This document shows positions 9,258 to 16,789 of a DNA stretch of 32,000 nt, one piece after another. The translations under genes were made by a program, and so were the position numbers. The number at the start of each line of letters is the position of its first letter. The first letter of the stretch is position 1. The stretch is from contig NC_011979.1 of assembly GCF_000022265.1 (NCBI RefSeq), forward strand, positions 210,001 to 242,000. The letters are read 5' to 3'. This DNA is from Geotalea daltonii FRC-32. Lineage in GTDB: Bacteria > Desulfobacterota > Desulfuromonadia > Geobacterales > Geobacteraceae. The notes under the pieces are model-generated. The model was not told the DNA's origin. It was given only the letters and a program-made list of their open reading frames with translations, and ran no database searches.

Positions 9258-10136
9258 ATGAGCAATCTCCAGTTTCATCAATTCCGCGGCACCGAGGGTT
9301 ATGTGGCCTCCAGGGCGCTGCAGGACGTGGTCAATGTGGCCATTGCCCTGGAGCGGCCGCTTCTGCTCAAGGGGGAGCCGGGTACCGGCAAGACGCTCCT
9401 CGCCCATCACATTGCCGAGGCTCTTGACATGGAAATCATTCTCTGGAATGTGAAATCCACCACCAAGGCCCGCGACGGCCTCTATACCTACGACACGGTC
9501 CAGCGCCTCAACGATGCCCGCTTTGGCGACGGCGATGTGAAAGATATCCGCCATTACATCAAATACGGACCGCTAGGGCGGGCCTTCGCCAGCGGCAAAC
9601 GGGTGGTGCTCCTCATCGACGAGGTGGACAAGGCGGACATCGAGTTTCCCAACGACCTCCTCTTCGAACTGGACGAGATGCGCTTCCATGTCCTGGAGAC
9701 CGATGAGTGGGTTAAAGCCGACCAGCGGCCGGTGGTCATCGTCACCTCCAATTCGGAAAAGGAGCTGCCGGATGCCTTCCTGCGCCGCTGCGTCTTTCAC
9801 TATATCGATTTTCCTGACGAGGCACAGATGCGGGCCATTATCGAGGTCCACTTCCCCGATCTTGGCGTGGAACTGATGGGCAAGGCCTGCAAAATCTTCT
9901 TTGGTCTGCGCGAGGTGCCTGGGCTGCGCAAACGGCCATCCACCTCCGAGCTTCTTGACTGGATCCGCGTTCTTTTGGCCAGCGGAGCAAAACTGCCCGA
10001 GGGGGATGTTCCATCCCTGGAATCGGTGCCGTTTCTCGGTGCCCTGGTCAAGATGCAGGAGGATACGGAGACCCTTTCCCGTCACGCCAACCGACCGGCC
10101 GATGTGCGCACCGCGGGCCGCCGCTTTTTCAGCTGA
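9258..10136 (+). CDS. MoxR-like AAA+ ATPase
   Basis: Walker A GEPGTGKT and Walker B VVLLIDEVDK. ATG 9258 is preceded by AAAGGAGA. It is paired with a downstream VWA gene. Confidence 0.85.
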   Translation: MSNLQFHQFRGTEGYVASRALQDVVNVAIALERPLLLKGEPGTGKTLLAHHIAEALDMEIILWNVKSTTKARDGLYTYDTVQRLNDARFGDGDVKDIRHYIKYGPLGRAFASGKRVVLLIDEVDKADIEFPNDLLFELDEMRFHVLETDEWVKADQRPVVIVTSNSEKELPDAFLRRCVFHYIDFPDEAQMRAIIEVHFPDLGVELMGKACKIFFGLREVPGLRKRPSTSELLDWIRVLLASGAKLPEGDVPSLESVPFLGALVKMQEDTETLSRHANRPADVRTAGRRFFS

Positions 10137-11308
10137 TGTTTCTGGCTCTATATCATTCACTGCGGGCGTTGAAGGTACCGGTCAGCCTTACCGAGTGGCT
10201 TACCCTGCTGGAAGGGCTGGCGAAGGGGCTGCATAATGACAGCCTTGAGGATTTCTACTATCTCTCCCGCAGCCTGCTCGTCAAGGACGTGGCCTATTAC
10301 GACGCCTTTGACCAGGCCTTTGCCTACTGCTTCAAGGATGGAGCCCTACCCGACGACTTGGCCACCAGGGAAAAGATCCTGGAATGGCTGCAGGACCCGC
10401 GAATGCCAAGGCCCTTCTCCCAGGAAGAGCTGGACCGGCTCAAGGCGCTTCCCCTGGACGAGCTGTTGCGGCAGCTGGAAGAACGGTTGCGTGATCAGAA
10501 GGAGGCGCACAACGGGGGGAAAAAATGGATCGGCAGCGGCGGTACGAGCCCTTATGGCATCAACGGCAGCCATCCATCGGGCATTTCCTTTTCTGCGGAG
10601 CGACAGGGGGGACGGGCGGCACTGCAGGCCTTTGCCCGCCGTTACCGGAACCTGCGCCATGACCTGACCCTGGATGTGCGCCAGATAGGTGTCGCCCTGA
10701 AAAGGCTGCGCGACCTGCGGGACTCTGGCGCGGAAGAGATCCTGGACATGGATGCCACCATCGAGAAGACTTGCAGGAATGCCGGAGAAATCGACCTGAT
10801 CTTCGGCCGGGAGCGGGAGAACCAGGTGCGACTGCTCCTGGTGATGGACTCGGGGGGCTCCATGGAACCGTACCGGGACCTTTCCGAGCGGCTCTTCTCG
10901 GCCGCCCACGGCCTCAACCATTTCAAGGATTTCCGCGCCTTCTACTTCCACAACTGTGTTTACGAAAATCTCTACACCAACCTGGACACCGATGAATTCG
11001 TGCCGACTGCCGAGGTGATGCGGGAGTACGGCAAGAACTACCGCCTGGTCATCGTCGGCGACGCCGCCATGTCCCCCTACGAGCTCATGACCCCCCACGG
11101 CACCCTGGAGCGCTACCGGACCAGCAACGTCACCGGTCACGAGTGGCTCCGCCAGTTCTCCGACGCCTTCCCCAAGCGCGCCTGGCTGAACCCCCTCCCC
11201 GAATCCTACTGGAACCAGTACGAAACCGTCCCCACCGTGGCCGGTCTCTTTCCCATGTTCCCCATGACCCTGGAAGGGCTGGGGAGAGCGGTCAGGCAGC
11301 TGCATTAA
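10136..11308 (+). CDS. VWA domain protein, CoxE-like partner of the MoxR ATPase
   Basis: The start ATG overlaps the MoxR stop (TGATG). The C-terminal half has a VWA-like beta strand plus a MIDAS-like segment LLLVMDSGGSM. This matches the typical MoxR-VWA gene pair. Confidence 0.7.
   Translation: MFLALYHSLRALKVPVSLTEWLTLLEGLAKGLHNDSLEDFYYLSRSLLVKDVAYYDAFDQAFAYCFKDGALPDDLATREKILEWLQDPRMPRPFSQEELDRLKALPLDELLRQLEERLRDQKEAHNGGKKWIGSGGTSPYGINGSHPSGISFSAERQGGRAALQAFARRYRNLRHDLTLDVRQIGVALKRLRDLRDSGAEEILDMDATIEKTCRNAGEIDLIFGRERENQVRLLLVMDSGGSMEPYRDLSERLFSAAHGLNHFKDFRAFYFHNCVYENLYTNLDTDEFVPTAEVMREYGKNYRLVIVGDAAMSPYELMTPHGTLERYRTSNVTGHEWLRQFSDAFPKRAWLNPLPESYWNQYETVPTVAGLFPMFPMTLEGLGRAVRQLH
11269..11308 (+). 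repeat. direct repeat copy 1 (3' end of the VWA gene); att-like
   Basis: CCTGGAAGGGCTGGGGAGAGCGGTCAGGCAGCTGCATTAA is 37/40 identical to 17296-17335. Confidence 0.9.
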
Positions 11309-11494
11309 ACTGGCGTCGCACTCCCTCCTTCCACCCAGGCCGGCTCTGTTTCTCTGTACGACCTCACACCCCTTTTTCGAGAAAGCGGATGAAAATTTTA
11401 ATGATCAGTGATATATTCGCCAGCGGCTTTTGCCGGATACCTGATGTTGAATGTCAATTTGGCAGTGGGGGAAAAGGGCTCTTCCAGCTTAAAA

Positions 11495-11599
11495 GTTTAT
11501 AGATGTATAAACCCGGCAAGGCTGGTGAAAAAGGCAAAGTTTATAATAGTAGAAACCGAAAGGTTTATAGATGTAGAAATAGTTTATACATCTATAAAC
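11495..11599. promoter_or_regulatory. array of four dyad-symmetric 18-mers (GTTTATA-N4-TAKAAAY); operator- or iteron-like
   Basis: The copies are GTTTATAGATGTATAAAC (11495), GTTTATAATAGTAGAAAC (11539), GTTTATAGATGTAGAAAT (11563) and GTTTATACATCTATAAAC (11582). Copies 1 and 4 are exact reverse complements. Confidence 0.6.
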
Positions 11600-11642
11600 T
11601 TTCTAACTGCTCAATCAGTAGTTGGGTGACAGAAAGAGACGC

Positions 11643-12248
11643 ATGAAAATCATTGAAAAACACATAACACGACGCGATATTATAACTTACTATGTCAAAT
11701 ATGATAGACAGAAGAAGGGACTGCCTGTAATCAAAAACCTCGAAACATGGCCGTGGAATGACGCAAATGCTATTGATAAACAACTTCAAAGTAATAATTT
11801 GAAAACAGGGGTTTTATCAGCGTATTGCGAATGGCAACTTGCCCAATTAGACTATGCTGATATCGCAGATTGCGCAATCGTTAATCACATTTTCCCAGGT
11901 CAACCACAGGCTCTTGGGCGAATTAACCAAAGTCATATCGCAAAATCTAAGCCTAATGGCAATCCAGAGTGGTGGGAACCACTTTCTTCAGGGTCCGATA
12001 TCCCACGGGAATGGGCACTGATTTTGCGGCCTACAGTTGCGAGCGAACTTCCAGCAAAGTGGTACATCGAAGATGGTAGTGGTCGCGCACTCGCGTTATT
12101 CCAACGCATGCTGGTGAATCAAGAACTTTGGCGCACAGCTTATGCATATCTTGGTATTATTCCAGATGAAGGCAGTCATTTCATACAAAAACGCCCTGAG
12201 CTTTTAAGGAATTGTGTCGAAAAAGGGGGACAGGCTGTTTTTTGGTAG
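11643..12248 (+). CDS. hypothetical cytoplasmic protein (orphan; no family recognised)
   Basis: 201-aa ORF from ATG 11643 (the track starts at TTG 11622). It is AT-richer than the flanks and has no TM helix or signal peptide. The only motif-like stretch is WYIEDGSGRALAL. Confidence 0.55.
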   Translation: MKIIEKHITRRDIITYYVKYDRQKKGLPVIKNLETWPWNDANAIDKQLQSNNLKTGVLSAYCEWQLAQLDYADIADCAIVNHIFPGQPQALGRINQSHIAKSKPNGNPEWWEPLSSGSDIPREWALILRPTVASELPAKWYIEDGSGRALALFQRMLVNQELWRTAYAYLGIIPDEGSHFIQKRPELLRNCVEKGGQAVFW

Positions 12249-12302
12249 CATGTTCAGAAAAGCGGCCTGCACCTTCTTCCCGCCTGCAATCCGATGCGGG
12301 GA

Positions 12303-12379
12303 GCCTTAAGGGGACGTAGTTGATTTGTTGATTAGCACTGCGGGATAGTCAACTAATCAACTACGTCCCCCCCCTAGCT
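12303..12379. repeat. palindromic repeat element, copy 1
   Basis: GCCTTAAGGGGACGTAGTTGATTTGTTGATTAG-cactgcgggatagtca-ACTAATCAACTACGTCCCCCCCCTAGCT. The arms GGGGACGTAGTTGATT..AG and CTAATCAACTACGTCCCC pair. Confidence 0.85.
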
Positions 12380-12477
12380 CCCGAACGGGTCAACTGCGCG
12401 AACCGTTGAACATCAAGTCAAAGCTCCGTCTTGGTGCCGGACGGTATTCCTTGGTGTCAACAACAGGAGGGCATGAA

Positions 12478-13830
12478 ATGAGTAAGAATATGATCAATGT
12501 GATGATGGGGTTATTTGTTGCATTGGTGTTTGGCATTTCTGGCTGTGGAGGGGCAACAAATTCGAATAATCCTGGCGCAACGCAGACGCAGCCAGTAGCA
12601 AATGCTGGAAGCAGTATGCGCGTTATCACTGGAGCAGTGGTGCAACTCGACGGCAGTGCAAGCAAAGCTACAATTGGGACTTTAACCTATATATGGCACA
12701 TCACCGCAAAACCAAGTGGAAGTAATGCGACACTTTCAGCCGAAAATATCGTAAATCCCACGTTTACACCAGATGTTGCTGGAACATACACGATTGGTTT
12801 GGTAGTAACTGATTCTGTTGCTGCAAGCACTGAATCAAGCATTACGGTTACTGCAACGCTTCCGATTGCCCCAGTTGCAAATGCAGGTACGTCTCAAAGT
12901 GTTACCATGGGAACAGTTGTAACTCTCGATGGCTCAGCTAGTACGGTAGGTGCAGGTAAAACTGCTTCCTACAGCTGGGCAATTGCCACAAAACCGTCAG
13001 GGGGTGTCGCATCAATTTCAAATCCAACGACTGTCAAACCGACATTCATACCAGATGTAGTAGGCACATATATATTCACACTGACTGTTTCTGATGGTTA
13101 TTTTACCGATACAGGAACCGTGACCGTCTCTGTCGCACATAACCCAGGGGACATTGTAAGAACAATTCCTTTCCCGGCAGGGATAAGTGGAGTGAGCGAC
13201 GTTGTTTTTGATAGTTCATCACAAACCTTATTGGTCTTTGCTTATGATGTCTTGGATAATTGGAAGGTCACAAAAATTATACAGATTGATTACTCCTCTG
13301 GAGCGACTTTGAACACGACAGCAATTGTTAATCCAGATTTTTTTATGAATCAGTCAAGCGAGTTTACTAAAGCTGGTGATTATTATTATGGGACAAGTTA
13401 TGGAAATAGTAATGGTGTTCCTCAATCATTTATTTACAAAATTGATATGAATGGCAATGTGATAGCTTCATTTCCTTGCCCAGCTACAAACGCAGGTGGT
13501 TTCTGCGAAGGTCTCGCATGGGATGGTCAATATTTATGGTCGGGTGCATCAGACAATAAGAACCTTACTCAATTCTCAACAAATGGATCTGTACATGCAA
13601 CAATAACCGCTTGGAATTACATAGGTACGACAGATGTAAGCTACGATAAGACCATGAATCAGTTGATAGTTTCCTTGAACAATAGGCTACATCGTGTTGA
13701 TCCAGTTACCGGCACTGAGAATAGTAGTGTTTATACTGGGTTTTCAAGAGTGGGCGACTGGGATGGCAATCTGTTTTGGGCTGTCAATTCGAGTACCAAG
13801 CAATTGGAAGGAATTTATATAGGAAATTAA
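12478..13830 (+). CDS. lipoprotein with two tandem PKD-like Ig repeats and a C-terminal beta-propeller-like domain
   Basis: ATG 12478 follows AGGAGG. Signal peptide plus lipobox FGISGC. Two ~88-aa repeats (PVANAG...LDGSAS...KPSG...NPTFTPDVAGTY...VTD; nt 12592-12855 and 12871-13134). Confidence 0.7.
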   Translation: MSKNMINVMMGLFVALVFGISGCGGATNSNNPGATQTQPVANAGSSMRVITGAVVQLDGSASKATIGTLTYIWHITAKPSGSNATLSAENIVNPTFTPDVAGTYTIGLVVTDSVAASTESSITVTATLPIAPVANAGTSQSVTMGTVVTLDGSASTVGAGKTASYSWAIATKPSGGVASISNPTTVKPTFIPDVVGTYIFTLTVSDGYFTDTGTVTVSVAHNPGDIVRTIPFPAGISGVSDVVFDSSSQTLLVFAYDVLDNWKVTKIIQIDYSSGATLNTTAIVNPDFFMNQSSEFTKAGDYYYGTSYGNSNGVPQSFIYKIDMNGNVIASFPCPATNAGGFCEGLAWDGQYLWSGASDNKNLTQFSTNGSVHATITAWNYIGTTDVSYDKTMNQLIVSLNNRLHRVDPVTGTENSSVYTGFSRVGDWDGNLFWAVNSSTKQLEGIYIGN

Positions 13831-13860
13831 TTTAAAATATCAGTAAAGAAGAAGATAAAG

Positions 13861-13955
13861 GGGCCTTAAGGGGACGGGGCCTTAAGGGGACGTAGTTGAT
13901 TTGTTGATTAGCACCTGCGGGTTAGTCAACTAATCAACACGTCCCCCCCCTAGCT
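13861..13955. repeat. palindromic repeat element, copy 2 (with a 16-nt tandem duplication at its left edge)
   Basis: Same element as 12303-12379 with a few point/indel differences. GGGCCTTAAGGGGACG occurs twice in tandem (13861-13876, 13877-13892). Confidence 0.85.
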
Positions 13956-13997
13956 TTCCAATCAGTAGTTGAAAACAATAAGTATTCAGGGGAAATA

Positions 13998-14603
13998 ATG
14001 AAGAGAATTCGGGTGTTTTTATCAGTCTGCTTTTGTTTAATAAGTGGAAGTATTGTTGTTGAAGCCGCAGCTCAAGAAAAACAGCCGGTAGCTATAATTA
14101 TAGCTGCACTCAATGCACGTGTTGAAGCTCAGTGTTCAATCGCACGCATGCGCCAGTCGTTAGCAAGCACGGCATATGAGAAAGCTCAGGTAAATGCTGC
14201 AGTGAAAATGAATTGTGAATGCCTGCCACCAGAGATTGAGCGCGCAGGAAATGATCTCAGCGGTGGAAATCCGGATGCCACTATTACCGAAAAAGTCTAC
14301 GAGACAAGATTAAAGGCCGCAATTAACTTGTGCGTAGCAAAGGGAGTCAGAGAAGATATTCAGACGCGTTGCGAAAATGAAGACATAACTGCACTTGGCA
14401 TCACAGATAAAAAAGCGTATTGCGGATGTGTAGTACGCCAAGTTAAAGGATTATCCGATGAAGCTATCGCTTCAGCTAGCACAGTGACCAAGATGCATTT
14501 TGAAGAAAAAGTTCGAGCGAGAATGGAGGGAAAGCCTGATCCCGTGTCACCGCTCACTGCTATTGATGAAGTCACAAACTTCTGTAAGCAAGAAGAAAAA
14601 TAG
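13998..14603 (+). CDS. secreted hypothetical protein (signal peptide, several Cys)
   Basis: 201-aa ORF with the N-terminal signal-like segment MKRIRVFLSVCFCLISGSIVVEAAAQ. AT-richer composition; no family recognised. Confidence 0.6.
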   Translation: MKRIRVFLSVCFCLISGSIVVEAAAQEKQPVAIIIAALNARVEAQCSIARMRQSLASTAYEKAQVNAAVKMNCECLPPEIERAGNDLSGGNPDATITEKVYETRLKAAINLCVAKGVREDIQTRCENEDITALGITDKKAYCGCVVRQVKGLSDEAIASASTVTKMHFEEKVRARMEGKPDPVSPLTAIDEVTNFCKQEEK

Positions 14604-14646
14604 AAACAGCTTGACTCTTTAGGGGGTATAAGATTCGCTATTTCAT

Positions 14647-14730
14647 TTTTAACTCGTCGCTGAACTCGGACAGGCAACGAAGGCTGCCGCTTCGCGGCGG
14701 CGTTGCCTGCCTGTTAGCTCGGCGTTGGGC
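14647..14730 (+). other. attC-like (integron 59-base-element-like) imperfect hairpin
   Basis: TTTTAAC-TCGTC-GCTGAAC...GTTAGC-TCGGC-GTTGGGC. The terminal AAC/GTT boxes fit RYYYAAC / GTTRRRY. There are 5-nt unpaired spacers, an L-box pair with one extrahelical G, an inner 8-bp plus 8-bp stem, and all bulged bases lie on the 5' arm. Confidence 0.5.
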
Positions 14731-14849
14731 ATTTAAAAATGGGGGCATGAAATGAATCTGTCAGAATTCCGATTACGCTGTCATCTCCACACAGGGCCAC
14801 CAATGGCAAGCTTTACGGTGCTGGACATACGGCAATAGTCTTTTCCAAT

Positions 14850-15368
14850 ATGGACACCAACGATCAAAGCGAATGGGAGCCGGCGGTTAATGCCTTACTT
14901 TCTGATGGATATCAGATCCTGACATATGATTATCCTGAGCATATCGATGACCAATCGAGAACCCTTGAAGATGCTATTTCATTCATTGCTGCAACTGGTG
15001 CAAGAAAAATAATCCTCGTTGGTGCGAGTAGAGGTGGCGTCGCATCTATAAAGGTAGCCGCTCGTAACACTAATAGCGACGCCATAGTTGGAGTTGTTGC
15101 TCTTTCGGCTCCTATCGAATATGAAGGAACTATTTTTTATAACAATCACGAATTGAGCGACATTAAAATTCCAAAGCTATTGATAAATTCCGAAAATGAT
15201 GATGGGGTAAATGATACTCGTAAGATGTTCGAGTTATTTGAAGGTTCAAAAGAACTGTTAATCTGTCCGGGGAACGCCCATGGGACTGAACTCTTTCATC
15301 AAGAAGAATCAATAATTAAAAAACTACGGAACTTTGCAAAGTCAGTTTTTGCAGCATATGGCTCTTGA
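14850..15368 (+). CDS. alpha/beta hydrolase (dienelactone-hydrolase-like), probably 5'-truncated or frameshifted
   Basis: Nucleophile elbow GASRGG, an acidic-residue context NSENDD and a His context GNAHGTE. The frame stays open and hydrolase-like back to 14751 but has no start codon there. Confidence 0.6.
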   Translation: MDTNDQSEWEPAVNALLSDGYQILTYDYPEHIDDQSRTLEDAISFIAATGARKIILVGASRGGVASIKVAARNTNSDAIVGVVALSAPIEYEGTIFYNNHELSDIKIPKLLINSENDDGVNDTRKMFELFEGSKELLICPGNAHGTELFHQEESIIKKLRNFAKSVFAAYGS

Positions 15369-15409
15369 GGTGTATGACACATATTCTTCCTCAAAAAGGA
15401 GCAAACCCC

Positions 15410-15952
15410 ATGAAAAAAGCTTTACTGGTCATTGACGTACAGAACGAATACTTTTCCGGCAAGCTTCCGGTGACTCACCCGGCGGGGAGCCTTGAAAAAA
15501 TCGGTAAGGCCATGGACGCCGCGGCGGCAAAGGGTTTGCCGGTCATTGTCGTGCAGCATACGGCAGTGCCCGATTATCCTTTCTTTCGCAAAGGGAGCCA
15601 GGAATGGATGCTGCACCCGGAGGTGGCGAACCGCCCTAACACTCTTCTGATCGAGAAGAATCTGCCGGGAAGCTTTACGGGCACGAACCTGGAAGCGTGG
15701 CTCAGGGAGAGGAATATCGATACGGTGGTAATCAGCGGCTACATGACCCAGATGTGCTGCGACACCACCGCGCGGCAGGCGTTTCATCGGGGCTTCGGCG
15801 TGGAGTTTCTCGCCGACGCCACCGGCACCCTCTCCCTGGCTAACAATGCCGGGTCGGTGACCGCTGAGGAGTTGCACCGGGCCATCCTGGTGACGCAGGG
15901 GATGCTCTTCAGCAAGGTATTGACGACTGCCGAGTGGATAAGCAGTCTTTAG
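15410..15952 (+). CDS. isochorismatase-family cysteine hydrolase
   Basis: ATG 15410 follows AAGGAG. N-terminal [12 protein letters not shown] (catalytic Asp context) and the Cys context [15 protein letters not shown]. Confidence 0.85.
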   Translation: MKKALLVIDVQNEYFSGKLPVTHPAGSLEKIGKAMDAAAAKGLPVIVVQHTAVPDYPFFRKGSQEWMLHPEVANRPNTLLIEKNLPGSFTGTNLEAWLRERNIDTVVISGYMTQMCCDTTARQAFHRGFGVEFLADATGTLSLANNAGSVTAEELHRAILVTQGMLFSKVLTTAEWISSL

Positions 15953-16053
15953 GGAAAAAATGGGGTCACCCATCAGGATCTAGGCTATTGTCGAAGTGGT
16001 GGAGGTTCAACAGCCCGTTCCGCCTTTCGCGGACCAGAAAACCACATGACGTC

Positions 16054-16082
16054 TTGACGCTATAACATCATGGTGCTACATT
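16054..16082 (+). promoter_or_regulatory. sigma-70-type promoter of the RHH/RelE module
   Basis: TTGACG (16054-16059), a 17-nt spacer, then TACATT (16077-16082), ~20 nt upstream of the antitoxin ATG. Confidence 0.45.
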
Positions 16083-16103
16083 GTGCGACAGGAGGTGCGA
16101 ATC

Positions 16104-16337
16104 ATGAGTACTCTCACCAAACGGGCAACAGTATATTTTGATCCTGCCATACACCGGGCATTGCAACACAAGGCTTTGGTAGCCTCGCGATCTCTTTCTG
16201 ACATCGTCAACGATGCAGTACAACAAGCACTGGCAGAGGATGCCGAGGATCTGGCCGCGTTTGAAGAGCGGGTCCACGAGCCGCTGGTTTCTTATGAAGC
16301 GGTGCTGAAAGAGCTGAAGGCAAATGGCCGGCTATAG
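16104..16337 (+). CDS. ribbon-helix-helix antitoxin (CopG/RelB/ParD-like)
   Basis: 77 aa from ATG 16104 (preceded by AGGAGG). N-terminal KRATVYFDPAIHRALQHKA beta-strand/helix pattern. Overlaps the downstream toxin ORF by 14 nt. Confidence 0.8.
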   Translation: MSTLTKRATVYFDPAIHRALQHKALVASRSLSDIVNDAVQQALAEDAEDLAAFEERVHEPLVSYEAVLKELKANGRL

Positions 16338-16584
16338 CATTTTCTTCAAGGATTCAGTCAGGAAAGATTTTGAGTCCATTCCGAAGAATGACCTGCAGCG
16401 GACTATGGAACGGATTGCCGCCCTCGCTGAGAATCCACGGCCGATGGGGTGTGAAAAACTTTCGGGGCAGGAGAAATACCGGGTCCGCCAAGGCAACTAC
16501 CGGATCGTTTATTCGATTCAGGATAGCCAGCTGACGGTCTGGGTGGTCAGGGTCGGCCACCGCCGAGAAGTCTACCGTCCCTGA
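16324..16584 (+). CDS. RelE/ParE family type II toxin
   Basis: 86 aa with KYRVRQGNYRIVYSIQDSQLTVWVVRVGHRREVY, typical of the RelE/ParE superfamily. Confidence 0.85.
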   Translation: MAGYSIFFKDSVRKDFESIPKNDLQRTMERIAALAENPRPMGCEKLSGQEKYRVRQGNYRIVYSIQDSQLTVWVVRVGHRREVYRP

Positions 16585-16723
16585 TTTGTATTCCCAACGG
16601 TACATGTGGGTCTTAAATCAGATAATTACCCGCCTGTTAAAAAATCCGCCATTTGATGGTACCCTTTTAAGTAAACCTCTAAAGAAATGGGGCCTAGGCT
16701 TGCAATTGTGCAGTTAGAAATGT

Positions 16724-16774
16724 AGTCGCAAAAAGCAAATCAGACAGGCTGCTTTTGCCGGAAAGCAGCCTGTC
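16724..16774 (-). terminator. rho-independent terminator downstream of the HAF-repeat fragment
   Basis: Perfect 13-bp stem GACAGGCTGCTTT / AAAGCAGCCTGTC (16743-16774) with a 6-nt loop, followed on the minus strand by TGATTTGCTTTTTGCG. Confidence 0.65.
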
Positions 16775-16789
16775 CCTCTTGCCCTGCGC

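Noticed and set aside
11390-11503. A 37-codon ORF (MKILMISDIFASGFCRIPDVECQFGSGGKGLFQLKSL) and the 73-aa ORF 11408-11629, both in the leader of the insert.
   Set aside because: Neither has a convincing SD. The second runs straight through the four dyad repeats. Composition and lack of any motif argue against coding.
11495-11599. Possible CRISPR array suggested by repeated 18-mers.
   Set aside because: The repeats are only 18 nt, their spacing is irregular (44, 24 and 19 nt start to start), one copy is inverted, and there are no cas genes. An operator or iteron array fits better.
16009-16050. attC-half-like string GTTCAAC-AGCCC-GTTCCGC-ctttc-GCGGACC after the isochorismatase gene.
   Set aside because: The left half (R''-5 nt-L'') looks canonical, but there is no matching R' GTTRRRY box downstream and the whole is only ~40 nt. 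At best it is a degenerate relic, too weak to call.
16594-16712. Possible ~118-nt attC-like site after the RelE gene (TTCCCAAC ... GTTAGAA with partly complementary ends).
   Set aside because: The end complementarity is patchy, and by eye the interior does not form a convincing continuous stem. It needs a covariance-model test before being reported.
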